Below, piece by piece: positions 52,191 through 64,000 of a stretch of DNA of 64,000 nt (the first letter of the stretch is position 1; the number at the start of each line of letters is the position of its first letter). The translations under genes were made by a program, and so were the position numbers. This DNA is from Octopus vulgaris (lineage: Eukaryota). Location of the stretch: assembly GCA_951406725.2 (NCBI GenBank), contig OX597834.1:3224001-3288000 (forward strand). Reading direction: 5' to 3'. The notes beneath the pieces are model-generated. The model was not told where the DNA came from. It ran no database searches and worked only from the letters and a program-made list of their open reading frames with translations.

Positions 52191-55100
52191 CCAGGATCTT
52201 GAGTTCTGACCTCATCATTCTTTGTAAATATTCTTAATTACCTGAAATTGAAATAAATCTGATTTTCTCTTCCTTTTTTTTTTTTTTTTTGTTAATGTGT
52301 GGTGGATAGGGAAAGAGAGTACCAGTAATATACTGTGCTGTGCTCATTGCAACAGACATGACATAGTAAGGATGACATTGTGTTCTGACCAACAAATAAA
52401 GTCAGCTAAGAACAATGGATAGGATTTGCATTGGTCAGTTTAATGTTGACATATTTTAGATTCCCAACATGGGGCATGCGTAGCATTTTGTTGAATATCT
52501 TCTGTACACAATGTTTAGTACACCAATAAGAGGAAGGGGGCAATTCAAGAATGAGTTATTGAAAAAAAAAATTCTTTACATCCCCTTTCTATCAAATTTT
52601 ATCAAAATTTTGACACTTTAGAGACATCAAATAGTGGCATTGGAAAGATCTGATGTCTCTAAAGTGGAAATCATGTAGATAATTAAAATATGCGAGGTAG
52701 AAATCTATAAATGCACAAAAGGAGAAAATGAAACAAATATGGATGACTTGTTCAGAAACACCCATGTGTGCAGAACAGTTCTCAAAGATAGCCCCTAATT
52801 GTTTTTCCCCCAAATCCCTATGTCCAGAATCTACAAAGTCCAAGGTATACATGTAGAGCATTTCATTAAGAAATATCCATTTTTTTGTAATCAATCTACT
52901 CACCTTTCTGCAAAGATTTCTTTCAGAGTTATTTTCCGCAGAAATATGACAAAATAATTCATACGAAATTAAAGTGGTTTTTTTTTTTTTTTTTTAAACT
53001 TTAAAAAAAAATTTTTTCAAACTTTTTTTTTCCCCCAACAATTCTACGTGGGGAAAAACGGAGATTAAGAATATGGAAAAAATAAACACAAATTCAAATT
53101 TTTATTTCAAATTTTTAATGAAAAACTCCAACCCCAAATCATCACCACCCCGTGCCATCCTGCTGTCTGAATGTGAAAAATAAACGGTTGTTTTGTCTGT
53201 TTCTGTATGTGTTCAAGTAAAAGGATCAGAGCAACGCCCGGTCACTAAAACAACAAAAAAAGAAAGTCTAATAGGTGCAAAAAATGTGTGTTAAACGAAT
53301 ATGAAAAGTAAAAGGGTCATATTTCGGATTGAGTATACAAAAACAAAATATTTGTTAGTTTCCGTGAGCACTGCGTAAATTTCCAGGAAGGAAACCAAGA
53401 TCCACATTGCAAAAGCCGTCTCAGTTAAAAGACACAAGAATAAGCAGTGGACAAGATAATACGAGTGATATGTCCATTATTGATCTGTGTGTCTGACCAA
53501 TAACCTGATAAAAAATGGTTAATAAATAAAATATTCTTCCATGGGGAACAAGGTTATGTTGCTGAAAGAAATAGCAGCAGAGTCATTTTCGTGAAATTGC
53601 AGGACACTGCCATATAAAGTTAGTTCGCAGGAATTGTGTAATAATTCTTCTTGTAATGAAGATAGTTGAAATTAAAAAGAACTTGGAGTGCTGCTGTTGA
53701 CCAAAACTCATTAATACATTGATTAAGAAGAAGAAGAAGAATATTAAAAATGCGGGAGTGGTATATGACAGTAGTAGGAGGTTTGTGGAATTGTCTGAAA
53801 TGGTCAAGTGACCTAAAAGTGACCACTGTGGTTGTGATAGTAGTGATTGGAATTCCTTCTTTTCTTTTCCTGTATATTCGGAATCTACATGATATAACAC
53901 ATATTCGTAGACAATTTCATTTAAAATATCCATTTTTCTGAAAGTTATGATCATCCAAATTTGGGGGGGGGGGGCAGAAATCTGTAATTATGCAGATTCA
54001 AAAATACATAAAATGAGTTGTTCAAGTAAAAAAAAGTCTGTCAATATTCAGAGGAATATTTAAAATTTGGATTTATACCCGTTATCCACGATAAACTATC
54101 ACCAAGTTATGGGCGAAAAACCTGAATCTTGTGAATTTTCCGAAGTCCTTTCCCCACCCTTCCAAAAAGATTTACCACAAGTTTCTTTATAATCGTTATC
54201 TAAATACGATTATATAAATACCTTTCAATCGGCAGGTTGAAAGGTATTTATATAAAATTTCATTAAAAAAAAAACCAAAAAACATTTTCCTAAAAATTAC
54301 AGGGGAAAAACTCGGATCTTGTGAATTTTCCAAAGTCCTCCCCACCCCACTGATTTCCGCACATTTTTTCATATTCGTTTCCTACACGTTTTTTCTCTAC
54401 ATTCGTTGGACTATTTTTTTTATTTTGCTTCTGGGTAATTTTGTAAACATTAACCAAATTTTGAATGACAAAAATTAAATATCACAAGGGGAAATCAGGA
54501 TTTTAGAAATGATTCGGTGAGGCATGGCCAAAAATCGGTTGGAGACCACTGTTTTAGTTAGTGGTGATGGTGAAGGGATGTCTGTACCTACAGTATAACT
54601 GGTACTTTATTACCCCCCACCCCCCACCCCAAGTAAATAAAAGGACCAGCAGACCCTGGTAGGAATCAAAAAATAGATGGACAAAACTGAATACAGCCAA
54701 CAATTAAATCCAGAACTCTAGTATTTCTATCCAAACTGCTGAGCTCCAAACAGCCAGCATCAATTAATAAATAGTTAATTACTAACATTGGCTCAAGGCC
54801 ACACATTTTGGGGAAGTTCAGTGGGATTAAATCTAACGGTTCACAAGGGTGAAAAACAGAAGTTACATATTGTCAGAGGGAAAAACAGCAAATGACTTGT
54901 CTGTCCGTGTCTGAGATACAGTTTGCATTATATTGTTTGCAATGGAATAAAAACGCTCAAAATACCAAAGTGGATGCGTATTCAATTCTTTGTGGTGTGT
55001 AGGGTTGGTGATAGAAAGAGCATCCAGCCACAGAAAATCTACCTCAATGAATTTCATCTGATCTATACGAGAATGGGAAAAGTGAAAGTTTAAATGATGA

Positions 55101-55249
55101 TTGTGCTGATGCTAATGGTGATGACAATTCCAAAGGAAATGGTTTCCGATATAGTTCACCCATATATTTGTGGACAGGAGGTTTAGATCCCCAACAGAAT
55201 AATTCTTCAGGTTTCACAGATAAAAGTCCTCCTTCCTTTATGCATTCGT

Positions 55250-56425
55250 TTAAGAGACTATTAGTGATAAATGATTCCCTACATCACAGTGAAATGGTTT
55301 TTCTCTGGTGTTTGTCCATTTATGGCCTACAAGACGAGAATTCCGAAAAGAAGATTCTCCACAAACTTCCCAACAAAACGGTTTTCCTCCTGTGTGACTT
55401 TGCATATGAATAACAAGATCAGAATTATCAAAGAATGATTTTCCACAGATTTCCACAAAGTAACTTTTTGCCACCATCTTGTATTCTCTTGTGGTTTTTT
55501 AAATCACAATTATTGACCAAAGACTTTCCACATATTCCACAGTGGAATGGTTTTTCCTTCCTGTGTAATATTTTATGCCTTGTTAAATTACTGGTACAGA
55601 AGAAGGACTTCCCACAGATACTCTTTTACTTGTTTCAGTCATCTGACTGCGGCCATGCTGGAGCGCCGCCTTTAGTCGAGCAAATCGACCCCGGGACTTA
55701 TTCTTTGTAAACCCAGTACTTATTCTATCGGCCTCTTTTTTGCCGAACTGCTAAGTGACGGGGACGTAAACACAGCAGCATCGGTTGTCAAGCAATGCTA
55801 GAGGGACAAACACAGACACATATATATGACAGGCTTCTTTCAGTTTCTGTCTACCAAATCCACTCACAAGGCTTTGGTTGGCCCGAGGCAATAGCAGAAG
55901 ACAGTTGCCCAAGATGCCACGCAGTGGGACCGAACCCGGAACCATGTGGTTGGTAAGCAAGCTACTTACCACACAGCCACAGCGAAACAGTTTCTCTCCA
56001 TTATGTGTGTCCTTTTGTGTCTAATCAACTTACTTTACAAATAAATAAAAATTTGTCGCGTTCCTCAATGGTACGGGTTATTTTCAGTGTGTTCCCCTTT
56101 ATGTGTTTTTAAGTCATAGACATTAATAAAAGCTTTCTCACAAATTATTTCAGGGTTTGTTAAGTCCCAACTCTTCACATGAGATTTCACACAGATTTCA
56201 CAACGAATCCTTTTGTGCTTTGCTAAGACACAATTACTTACAAAATATTTTCTACATATAGACACAGGAGTGGCTGTGTGGTAAGTAGCTTGCTAACCAA
56301 CCACATGGTTCCGGGTTCAGTCCTACTGCGTGGCATCTTGGACAAGTGTCTTCTGCTATTGCCTCGGGCCGACCAAAGCCTTGTGAGTGGATTTGGAAGA
56401 TGGACTGAAACTTGTCGTATATATG

Positions 56426-56458
<33 letters not shown>

Positions 56459-56870
56459 ATATGTTTGTGTATCTGTGTTTGTCCCCCTAGCATTGCTTGA
56501 CAACCGATGCTGGTGCGTTTACATCCCCGTAACTTAGCGGTTCGGCAAAAAAGAGACCGATAGAATAAGTACTGGGCTTACAAAGAATAAGTCCCGGGGT
56601 CGATTTGCTTGACTAAAGGCGGTGCTCCAACATGGCCGCAGTCAAATGACTGAAACAAGTAAAAGAGTAAAGAGAGAGAGAGTGAAATGGCTTTTCTCCA
56701 GCCTGTAATCTTTTGTGAATAGCAAAACTGCAATTAGCAGAGAAGGATTTGCCACAGATTTCACAATTATAATTCCAGTGTGGATTATTTTGTGAAACAT
56801 CAAATAGCTGTTCTCAAGAAATGATTTTCCACATTCATCATTTGTTGAGGAATGTCATTTTTGAAACCAT
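55250..56870 (-). pseudogene. Degenerate C2H2 zinc-finger pseudogene split by two family-E SINEs
   Basis: Fragments [44 protein letters not shown] and EICGKSFFDNSDLVIHMQSHTGGKPF with frameshifts and lost Cys residues. Confidence 0.85.
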
Positions 56871-57312
56871 GTCAAGTTTATTGAGACAACGTAACTCGCA
56901 GAAAATACGAGTTCTGTTATTTTAGTGAATATTTAACATCATGACTGGAATAACCATTAAATTTAATGTCTGTGACTCTACTGAACTGTGGTTCAGTTTC
57001 TCGTGTTGGGAATCTTAATTACAATTGGGGAAAACGAGCCAATGTCGATGTTTTCTCTAGAATGCTCGATGTTGATGATGTCACATGTGGTTGACAATAA
57101 CATAGTTATTTCTACGTTAATATACGGAGATCAGATCAATGGATGCTGTGTATTTTTATGTATAGAAAGTTCATACATGACTTGCAGCAGAAGTCCTGGT
57201 AAAATCTGTTCTTCTACTATGAGTTATAATAGAAAAATTCAGTTAGGGTAAATGTAAAGTAAGAAAAGATTAAAGTATAAGACAGCTAATGTTGGGAGAA
57301 ATTAGATAGATA

Positions 57313-60300
57313 TGTTTTAATTATGGCCACACAGGGCTAAACACAGAAAATCAAACAAAATACAATGTAGAGTTTTTCTTTTCGAGGTGGGATGGGTGGG
57401 ACACAAAGAAAACGTTCGATCAATAGGGATTTTTGGGTTATGTAGTGTATAAAAAACAATATATAAAGTTCCTGACAAAAGAGGGGGGGATCACTGTTGT
57501 TCACAGTTTAGGTGTAGCCTTGGAAAGAAAAACCTACAAAAAAGACAGTTTGTCACCTCAGACAGTTTGAAAATGAACACATGAGTAAGTCGCCTTACCT
57601 CCCGTTGTCTCTTTTGGTTACAGATTTATGCTTAAAATGGTGTCGTCTTTCATACTGACCATTTTTGCCACATTTACCCACTTTTTATTGAAACATTCAT
57701 TCAACAGTTTTCCTCTCTATTCTCATCCTCCTTTTCAAGTGGTACTTGAAAAAGTTGACGAGAGACTGACCAGAGAGGAAGGTGTTTGTTTGCAGTCCTT
57801 TCAAATGCATCCACCACACACATTCTTTCGCCATAGCCATCAGTGTAACGAAAACCGTTTTCCCTTCCCGTTTAAAGGAAGGTGGTGGAACAATATTTAC
57901 GATAGACTCGGTCAATAAGCGGGCCCGTCTTACACGTGACAACAACTGCCCTGAAGACAGCCGCCAAGTACTGATGGTCGACTCGATCGAAAGCTTTAGA
58001 TTGATCCAAATTGATCAGCGCCCCACCCATGACAGGATCCTTAACTACCCCATCCACGATGTAGCGGATCAAATGGAAGTTGTCATGTATGGTTCTGTCC
58101 GGCATGGCGCATGTTTGCGCCTTGTCGACCAGTTTACCAATGACAAGCGCCAACCTCATGGCTATTACATTGGCCAAAATTTTCAAATCTGCATTGAGCA
58201 GAGTGATGGGCCTGAAATTATCTATAAAATTCCCCTTGTTTGGGTCTTTCTTCAGCAACGTCATTGCACCTCGGCTCACGAAACCGGGGATTCTCCCATT
58301 TTGTTGCCAGTTGCAGTAGACGGATGCCAAGAGGTTGCCAAACAAGTCTGGCATTTGCCAATACAGCTCGTAGGGTAAACCATCCAATCCAGGCGATTTA
58401 TCCCTTGTGCAGCCCGCCATCGCATCCTGCACGTCAGCGGCTGTGATGGGACTTTCACAACACTTCGCTTCTCTTGCCGAGAGCCGCAGCAGGTCAGTCA
58501 GGTAGGCACTGAAATCCATTCCGCGTTCCGACCCACCACTCGCACCAAACAGTCGAGCAAAGTGCTGTTGAAAGGCCTCACACATCCTTTCGGGTTTGAG
58601 TAAACTGCATCCCTGTTGATCTATTAGAGACTGAATGGTGACTCTGTTGCCATGCTGCGCCTCCGCTACCTGGGCCTCTTGCGCAGCTTCGATCCCTTCG
58701 TTCCTTAAGGCACGCATTTTAGCTCTGACGACACAACCTTCGTGTTTGGAGTTGAGGTGTTGGTCGAGGGCCATCCTTGCAGCCAGCACATTGGTTGCGT
58801 TGCCAGTGGTAAGTGCCTCTTCTAGTTTCTTAACCAGGTCTCCCTCTACTCTATTTCGATCTATCGCTAATTCCTTGCTAAAGCTAATTGATTCTGATTT
58901 TATTGCCATTTTCAGGGCGAACCACCAGCGGTTGTTAACGACGGCTCCCGTCAGCGCCCTCTTCATTAACTCGCTAATCCGGTTCCTGTAAACCTGTCGC
59001 GCTAAGAGCAACGTGTTCAGTTTCCAGTAACCGGGACCCTGTCTATGTGTCTTATCTAAGTCGAGCGTACACGTCACAAATTTGTGATCTGTGTAGCTGA
59101 CTATTTTAAATTGTGGACATCTTACACTATCCTTATCCTCTGTCCTGCATAGAATTCTATCTAGATAAGATCTCGACGATCCGGCGCGGTTTGTCCAAGT
59201 CCACGTTGGCACATTCGGATGGTCGAGTTGGAACCTGTCAGACAAATGGAAACATCTGAGCAGGTCTTTGAGGCACTTACATCCCCTTCTATTCCTATCC
59301 ATTCCCACATAGTCTAGATGCGTGTCCAATCCCCTACTAACAGTAAAGGTCTAGACGTACCCAGGAAAACCTCTAGACGTCTGAAGAAATCCGCCCGACC
59401 CGTTAAGGACGGTGCATAAACTGCCATCAGACGGAATGCACACCCATTTCTGCCATCCACGTCCAAGACAACCAGCCTACCCTCCGGGTCTAGGAATATT
59501 GATCTTACTTTTACATTTAGACTCTTTCGAAAAAGCACCGTGGTACCACCACCACCCACGTTTGGCAAACAGGGAGAAAAATAAATGTCGAATTGACCAC
59601 CAAACACGGACGTGAGGGCCCGTGGCTTGCTGAGTCTGGTTTCACTGATAGCTACCATATCAACGTTCAGTGACTTGATGTCATTTAGAAGGTAACCTGC
59701 TTCCAAGCCGACGCCAAGCCACGCACATTCACACAACCTAATTTAAGCATAATTGATGTTTAAGAAATTTGTGTTTCACACACTACATTGAAAGAGACAA
59801 GAGGCAAGAGGGAAGGTCACTTACTCATTTCGAAAGTTTCAGTTTTTTCTTCTTTTGAAATGTCTTTGAGGAGGTGTTTATAAAGTTTTTTTGAGAGGTA
59901 TCGTTGAAACCCCCTGACCTCATTTGGAAAGATGGTTTTGAGTGTGTGGTGCTGCGTTTGTGTGACGTGTACTATTGTTATGTGTTTCGGTGGTGTAGTG
60001 CGCGGATGATTATTTGTCTTAAAGTCATCTTCACAGAATTTCGTGTTGGATGCAATGTAATCCATTAGTTTTTTTATTGTCTGTGTCTATTGCTGTTAGT
60101 TGTGTGTGTGATTTTGCGGGGTCATTGATTTTTTGATTGTCTAAGGGGATGCTGTCTTGAGTTAAATATCTCCCTGCTTTACTTACTTGTTTGGTGGGCT
60201 TTTTTGATCTTTTCCTTTTATCCCCTGTGGCTATTTGCCATTCCGTCGAACTTTCGTCGTTAGACGAAGAGTCTGACGAATCAGAAGGGGGTAAAGGCAA

Positions 60301-61694
60301 AGCATTTGCATTAATATGTATGTTTGTAGAAAGTGTTGTTGTTTTGTGCGGTGTTTGTGTTGTTGTGGTGTTAGGGGTAGAATTTGTTTTCTCGTCACTG
60401 TTATCTTAGTTGTCGTCCTTGGTGCTGGTGTTGGTCTGTCTTTTGATGTTGGTTGTGGTTTTGCTTCTCTAGTTGGTTGCAATATCAAAGGTAATTGTGA
60501 TGGTTTTGTTTCTCTTCTTGGTGAGGGGGAAACAGTTTTTGCGTCGTCTGCTGTTTGTCCTGTCTTTTGCGTTGAAGGTGGTGTGGGTAGCAGGGGTTTT
60601 CTTCCAGGTTTTGGGAGCGGTTGCTGTTGCCTATTTCTGGCAGCAGTTGGGCAATCATATCTGAGGTGTGCCTCACTATTGCACAAATAGCATCTTGGCC
60701 TCCTGCCCTCCATCACTACATACAATTTTTGGTCTTTTTGCAGTTGAACACTGGTTGGTAAATTGAGTGATTTGAAGCAATATTTCAAGCTTTTTACCAG
60801 TCCAGCTTTCCTCTGGAATGTCAGCGATTTCTAAAATATCTGCTTCTTCTATATCAAAGCAGATGGCCGATACCAGCCACTGGGTATTCACCATTGGTGG
60901 CACATTATTTATTGTAACTTTCGTAATTCTGCGCCCAAGGTAGCTAGGTACCATTGTTATCTGGTCTGTGTGCAGAGTAAGCGTCGAAAACTTCTTTGCT
61001 AGTTCTTCCGTATGGAAGCGAACTTGCACGGTAGTAAATTTACACCCCCAATTCACATAATTTCGGAACTTCCACACAGAAGCGAGGCACTTCTCAATCT
61101 TTTCTGTAGCTGGGCTTTCTAGTTTCTTTGTTTCAGTGTTGAGTAGTAGATAACTATGAAGTTGTTTACCAGTTTTTGTGTGGAGGTCACGATGTTAGCA
61201 TTCATGCTCACATTTGCTTTTCCCCTCCTTCATGAAATTGTGGTAAGAGTAGAATAGGGAAATCAACGTCGTAAGCGTTGTCAAGGAGGGTGTCAGTGAT
61301 GATGGTGGAATCATTGGTGGCGGTGACAGTGATTGGCCTTGCGACCGTGGTTTTGTTGTTGTTGCTGTTCTTGATGCTGATGGTAGTGTTAGTGTCCTTC
61401 AAACCGTCAGGTTCAGAGTTTAGTGACAGGGAATCCTGCTCTTTTGTCTCGGTGTCACGCTTGACTTGCGCCTTCGCCTCGTGGTGACCAGTAGCCATTT
61501 TTGAAAATAAAAATTTCTAAAATAAAATCACGAAGCCTTTGAGAATTTTTAAAATTTTGCCCACAAGGGGCGAAATTTTGTGTGGATGTTAATGAAAGTT
61601 GTACACCTTTTAGACATAAAATGTTTGACAATCAACAATTTTAAACGTAGAAAACTACCAACTTACTTGGAGCCCATTTGACTTGTGTCCGTCC
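57313..61694 (-). mobile_element. Tx1/L1-clade non-LTR retrotransposon, internally deleted, in (TATC)n
   Basis: ORF1 with CYLCNSEAHLRYDC; ORF2 endonuclease (AISETRL, GDW, SYLDRI, TDHK), GYWKLN, KSPGLDG, NFRPITLLN, LDQSKAFDRV, then a jump at ~57945 to KECVWW..LVNFFKYHLK; tatctatct on both flanks. Confidence 0.92.
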
Positions 61695-62031
61695 AGATAG
61701 ATAGATAGACTGATGGCTAGATAGATAGATATGTGTATGTGTGGTTGCGAGTATATATGTTTTCCAATGACTGTAGAGAAGTGTGTGTTGTGATGACATG
61801 ACAATACAAACAATACGGGTATCAAATTTCGTAGGCCAACTGAACAGAAGGGTTAATAAAGATATTCACTCAAGTGTTGGTCCGTGAAATCCATTTTTTT
61901 CTGCAAAACTGAGAGAGATGCAACGTGATTATGTGACAACAACCAAAGATTTTAATAATTCAGTTGATGCGATAAGACTCTGAGATCGCTCTATATTAGT
62001 CACAGATTAGCAATAAACATTAACGTTTACC

Positions 62032-63999
62032 GGTTAATATAGGGCGTTACGATTATCAGAAAATCAAAAAAAAAATGTGTGTAATAGGTGTAAAACAACT
62101 TCCTATGAACGAATATGAAAAAAAAAATTCGCGCACGCAAAAGGGGGGTGGGGGAGAGGCCTCGGAAAATTCACATCGGGAAGTTCCGAAAGCGTCTGAG
62201 GGGCTGACCCGGGCACCAAAACAAAAAAAAAATAGTGTAATATGTGTAAAACAACTTGCTCTAAACGAGTATGACAAAAAAAATGCGCTCTCGCGAAAGA
62301 GGGGTGGGGGAGAGGCCTCGGAAAATTTATATCGGGAATTTCCGAAAGCGTCTGAACCGGGCACAAAAACAAAAAAAAAACGGCGTAATAGGTGTAAAAC
62401 AACTTGCTCTAAACGACTATCATGAAAAAAATGCGCGCTCGCGAAAGGGGGGTGGGGGAGAGGCTTCGGAAATTTCACATCTTCAGTCCACGGCCTTTAA
62501 ACTAAGAAAAAATAGTGTAATTGATGTAAAACTACTTGTTCTAAACGAGTATCAAGAACACACACTCACACATGAATCATAAACTCCGTATTTTTGTACA
62601 TATTTCCCCCCCCCCAAAAAAAAATAAAATAAAATAAAGAGAAGAAATTCTGGAAAAAGTGAAGAAATGTTGGATCTCATTCCTTGGTTAAAGCTATTTT
62701 AAACATTAAATTTATGCTTTTCTTTGAAATAGTTCAGATATATGCAATTCTTCTCACTTATTAAGATGCATTTATCAGAAAAAAGAGACAGAAAAAATTA
62801 TTATTTTGTGTCAATCCTTCCCTAATTATCCTTTATTAATTAGTTTTGGCGTGTATTTTTTTCCCAAATTTATTTTTTCACCTTTACAACACTGTTTAGT
62901 AAAGCAATTAATTATCTTTATAATTTGCATATTTGACTTATTAATCAAAATTCTCTAGATGTAATATATACTAAGTAATGCATCCTTCATTTATGTGTTC
63001 CGTTCTGTATTATGCATGCGTGACTGTTTGTATGTAAGTGTGTTTAACTGTGCACATGAATGTGAATATTAATAGAACATATTTATTTACTATGATTGTT
63101 ATTTTCAGAACAAATAAATCTTTTGGCTGTTATGTTATTGATGTTATTATTATTGCTAGTTAAAGGGTGGTGACTTGGCTGAATATTTTGAGTCTTGTAG
63201 TATGTAGTTGTGTTAGTCAATATTCTGAGTTCAAATCCAACTCATTTCTTTATCATCATTGTCGATGGACCACTCAAAGAGGTATGTATACATTATCATT
63301 TTCGTAACATAATTTCTGTAGTATTTCAAGATGTTTCTGACACGTATTTTGATTCACATGGCGGAGATCCAACATTTCTTTACTTTTTCCAGAATTTCTT
63401 CTCTTTATTTTTTTTTGGGGGGGGGGGAATATGTACAAAAATACGGAGTTTATGATTCATGTGTGAGTGTGTGTTCTTGATACTCGTTTAGAACAAGTAG
63501 TTTTACATCAATTACACTATTTTTTCTTAGTTTAAAGGCCGTGGACTGAAGATGTGAAATTTCCGAAGCCTCTCCCCCACCCCCCTTTCGCGAGCGCGCA
63601 TTTTTTTCATGATAGTCGTTTAGAGCAAGTTGTTTTACACCTATTACGCCGTGTTTTTTTGTTTTTGTGCCCGGTTCAGACGCTTTCGGAAATTCCCGAT
63701 ATAAATTTTCCGAGGCCTCTCCCCCACCCCTCTTTCGCGAGAGCGCATTTTTTTTGTCATACTCGTTTAGAGCAAGTTGTTTTACACATATTACACTATT
63801 TTTTTTTTGTTTTGGTGCCCGGGTCAGCCCCTCAGACGCTTTCGGAACTTCCCGATGTGAATTTTCCGAGGCCTCTCCCCCACCCCCCTTTTGCGTGCGC
63901 GAATTTTTTTTTTCATATTCGTTCATAGGAAGTTGTTTTACACCTATTACACACATTTTTTTTTTGATTTTCTGATAATCGTAACGCCCTATATTAACC
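62032..63999. mobile_element. Foldback-type element: ~640-bp near-identical inverted arms made of 130-155 bp subrepeats, ~685-bp AT-rich spacer
   Basis: 62032-62678 is the reverse complement of 63364-63999; the ORF track shows mirror-image peptides. Confidence 0.9.
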
Positions 64000-64000
64000 C

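Noticed and set aside
58080-58991. Plus-strand ORFs antisense to the Tx1 ORF2
   Set aside because: Shadow ORFs of the retrotransposon coding strand
62075-62582. Repetitive Lys/Gly-rich ORFs mirrored at 63450-63975
   Set aside because: By-product of the subrepeats in the foldback arms; no domain signature

Overview
AT-rich, microsatellite-saturated animal genomic DNA. The single-exon tandem C2H2 gene and the SINE/microsatellite repertoire look like octopus (inference, no database search). Most long ORFs in the track are microsatellite artefacts. Likely host genes: an intact 10-finger C2H2 zinc-finger ORF (42556-43476 +), a decayed SINE-interrupted C2H2 paralog (~55250-56870 -), and a candidate two-exon secreted Thr/Asn-rich glycoprotein gene (30359-29634 -). 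The rest is transposon-derived: several SINE families, RTE LINE pieces, two internally deleted Tx1/L1-clade elements sitting in different microsatellites, Penelope-like (GIY-YIG) relics, mariner/Tc1, Chapaev-like, hAT, piggyBac-type and Helitron MITEs, and a large foldback element at the right end. The main unexpected signal is a dense set of type I hammerhead ribozyme motifs: seven with canonical cores and three with variant cores. They lie in short, often palindromic elements embedded in (TA)n tracts, and related copies show compensatory stem changes. All structures were folded by eye and coordinates read by hand.
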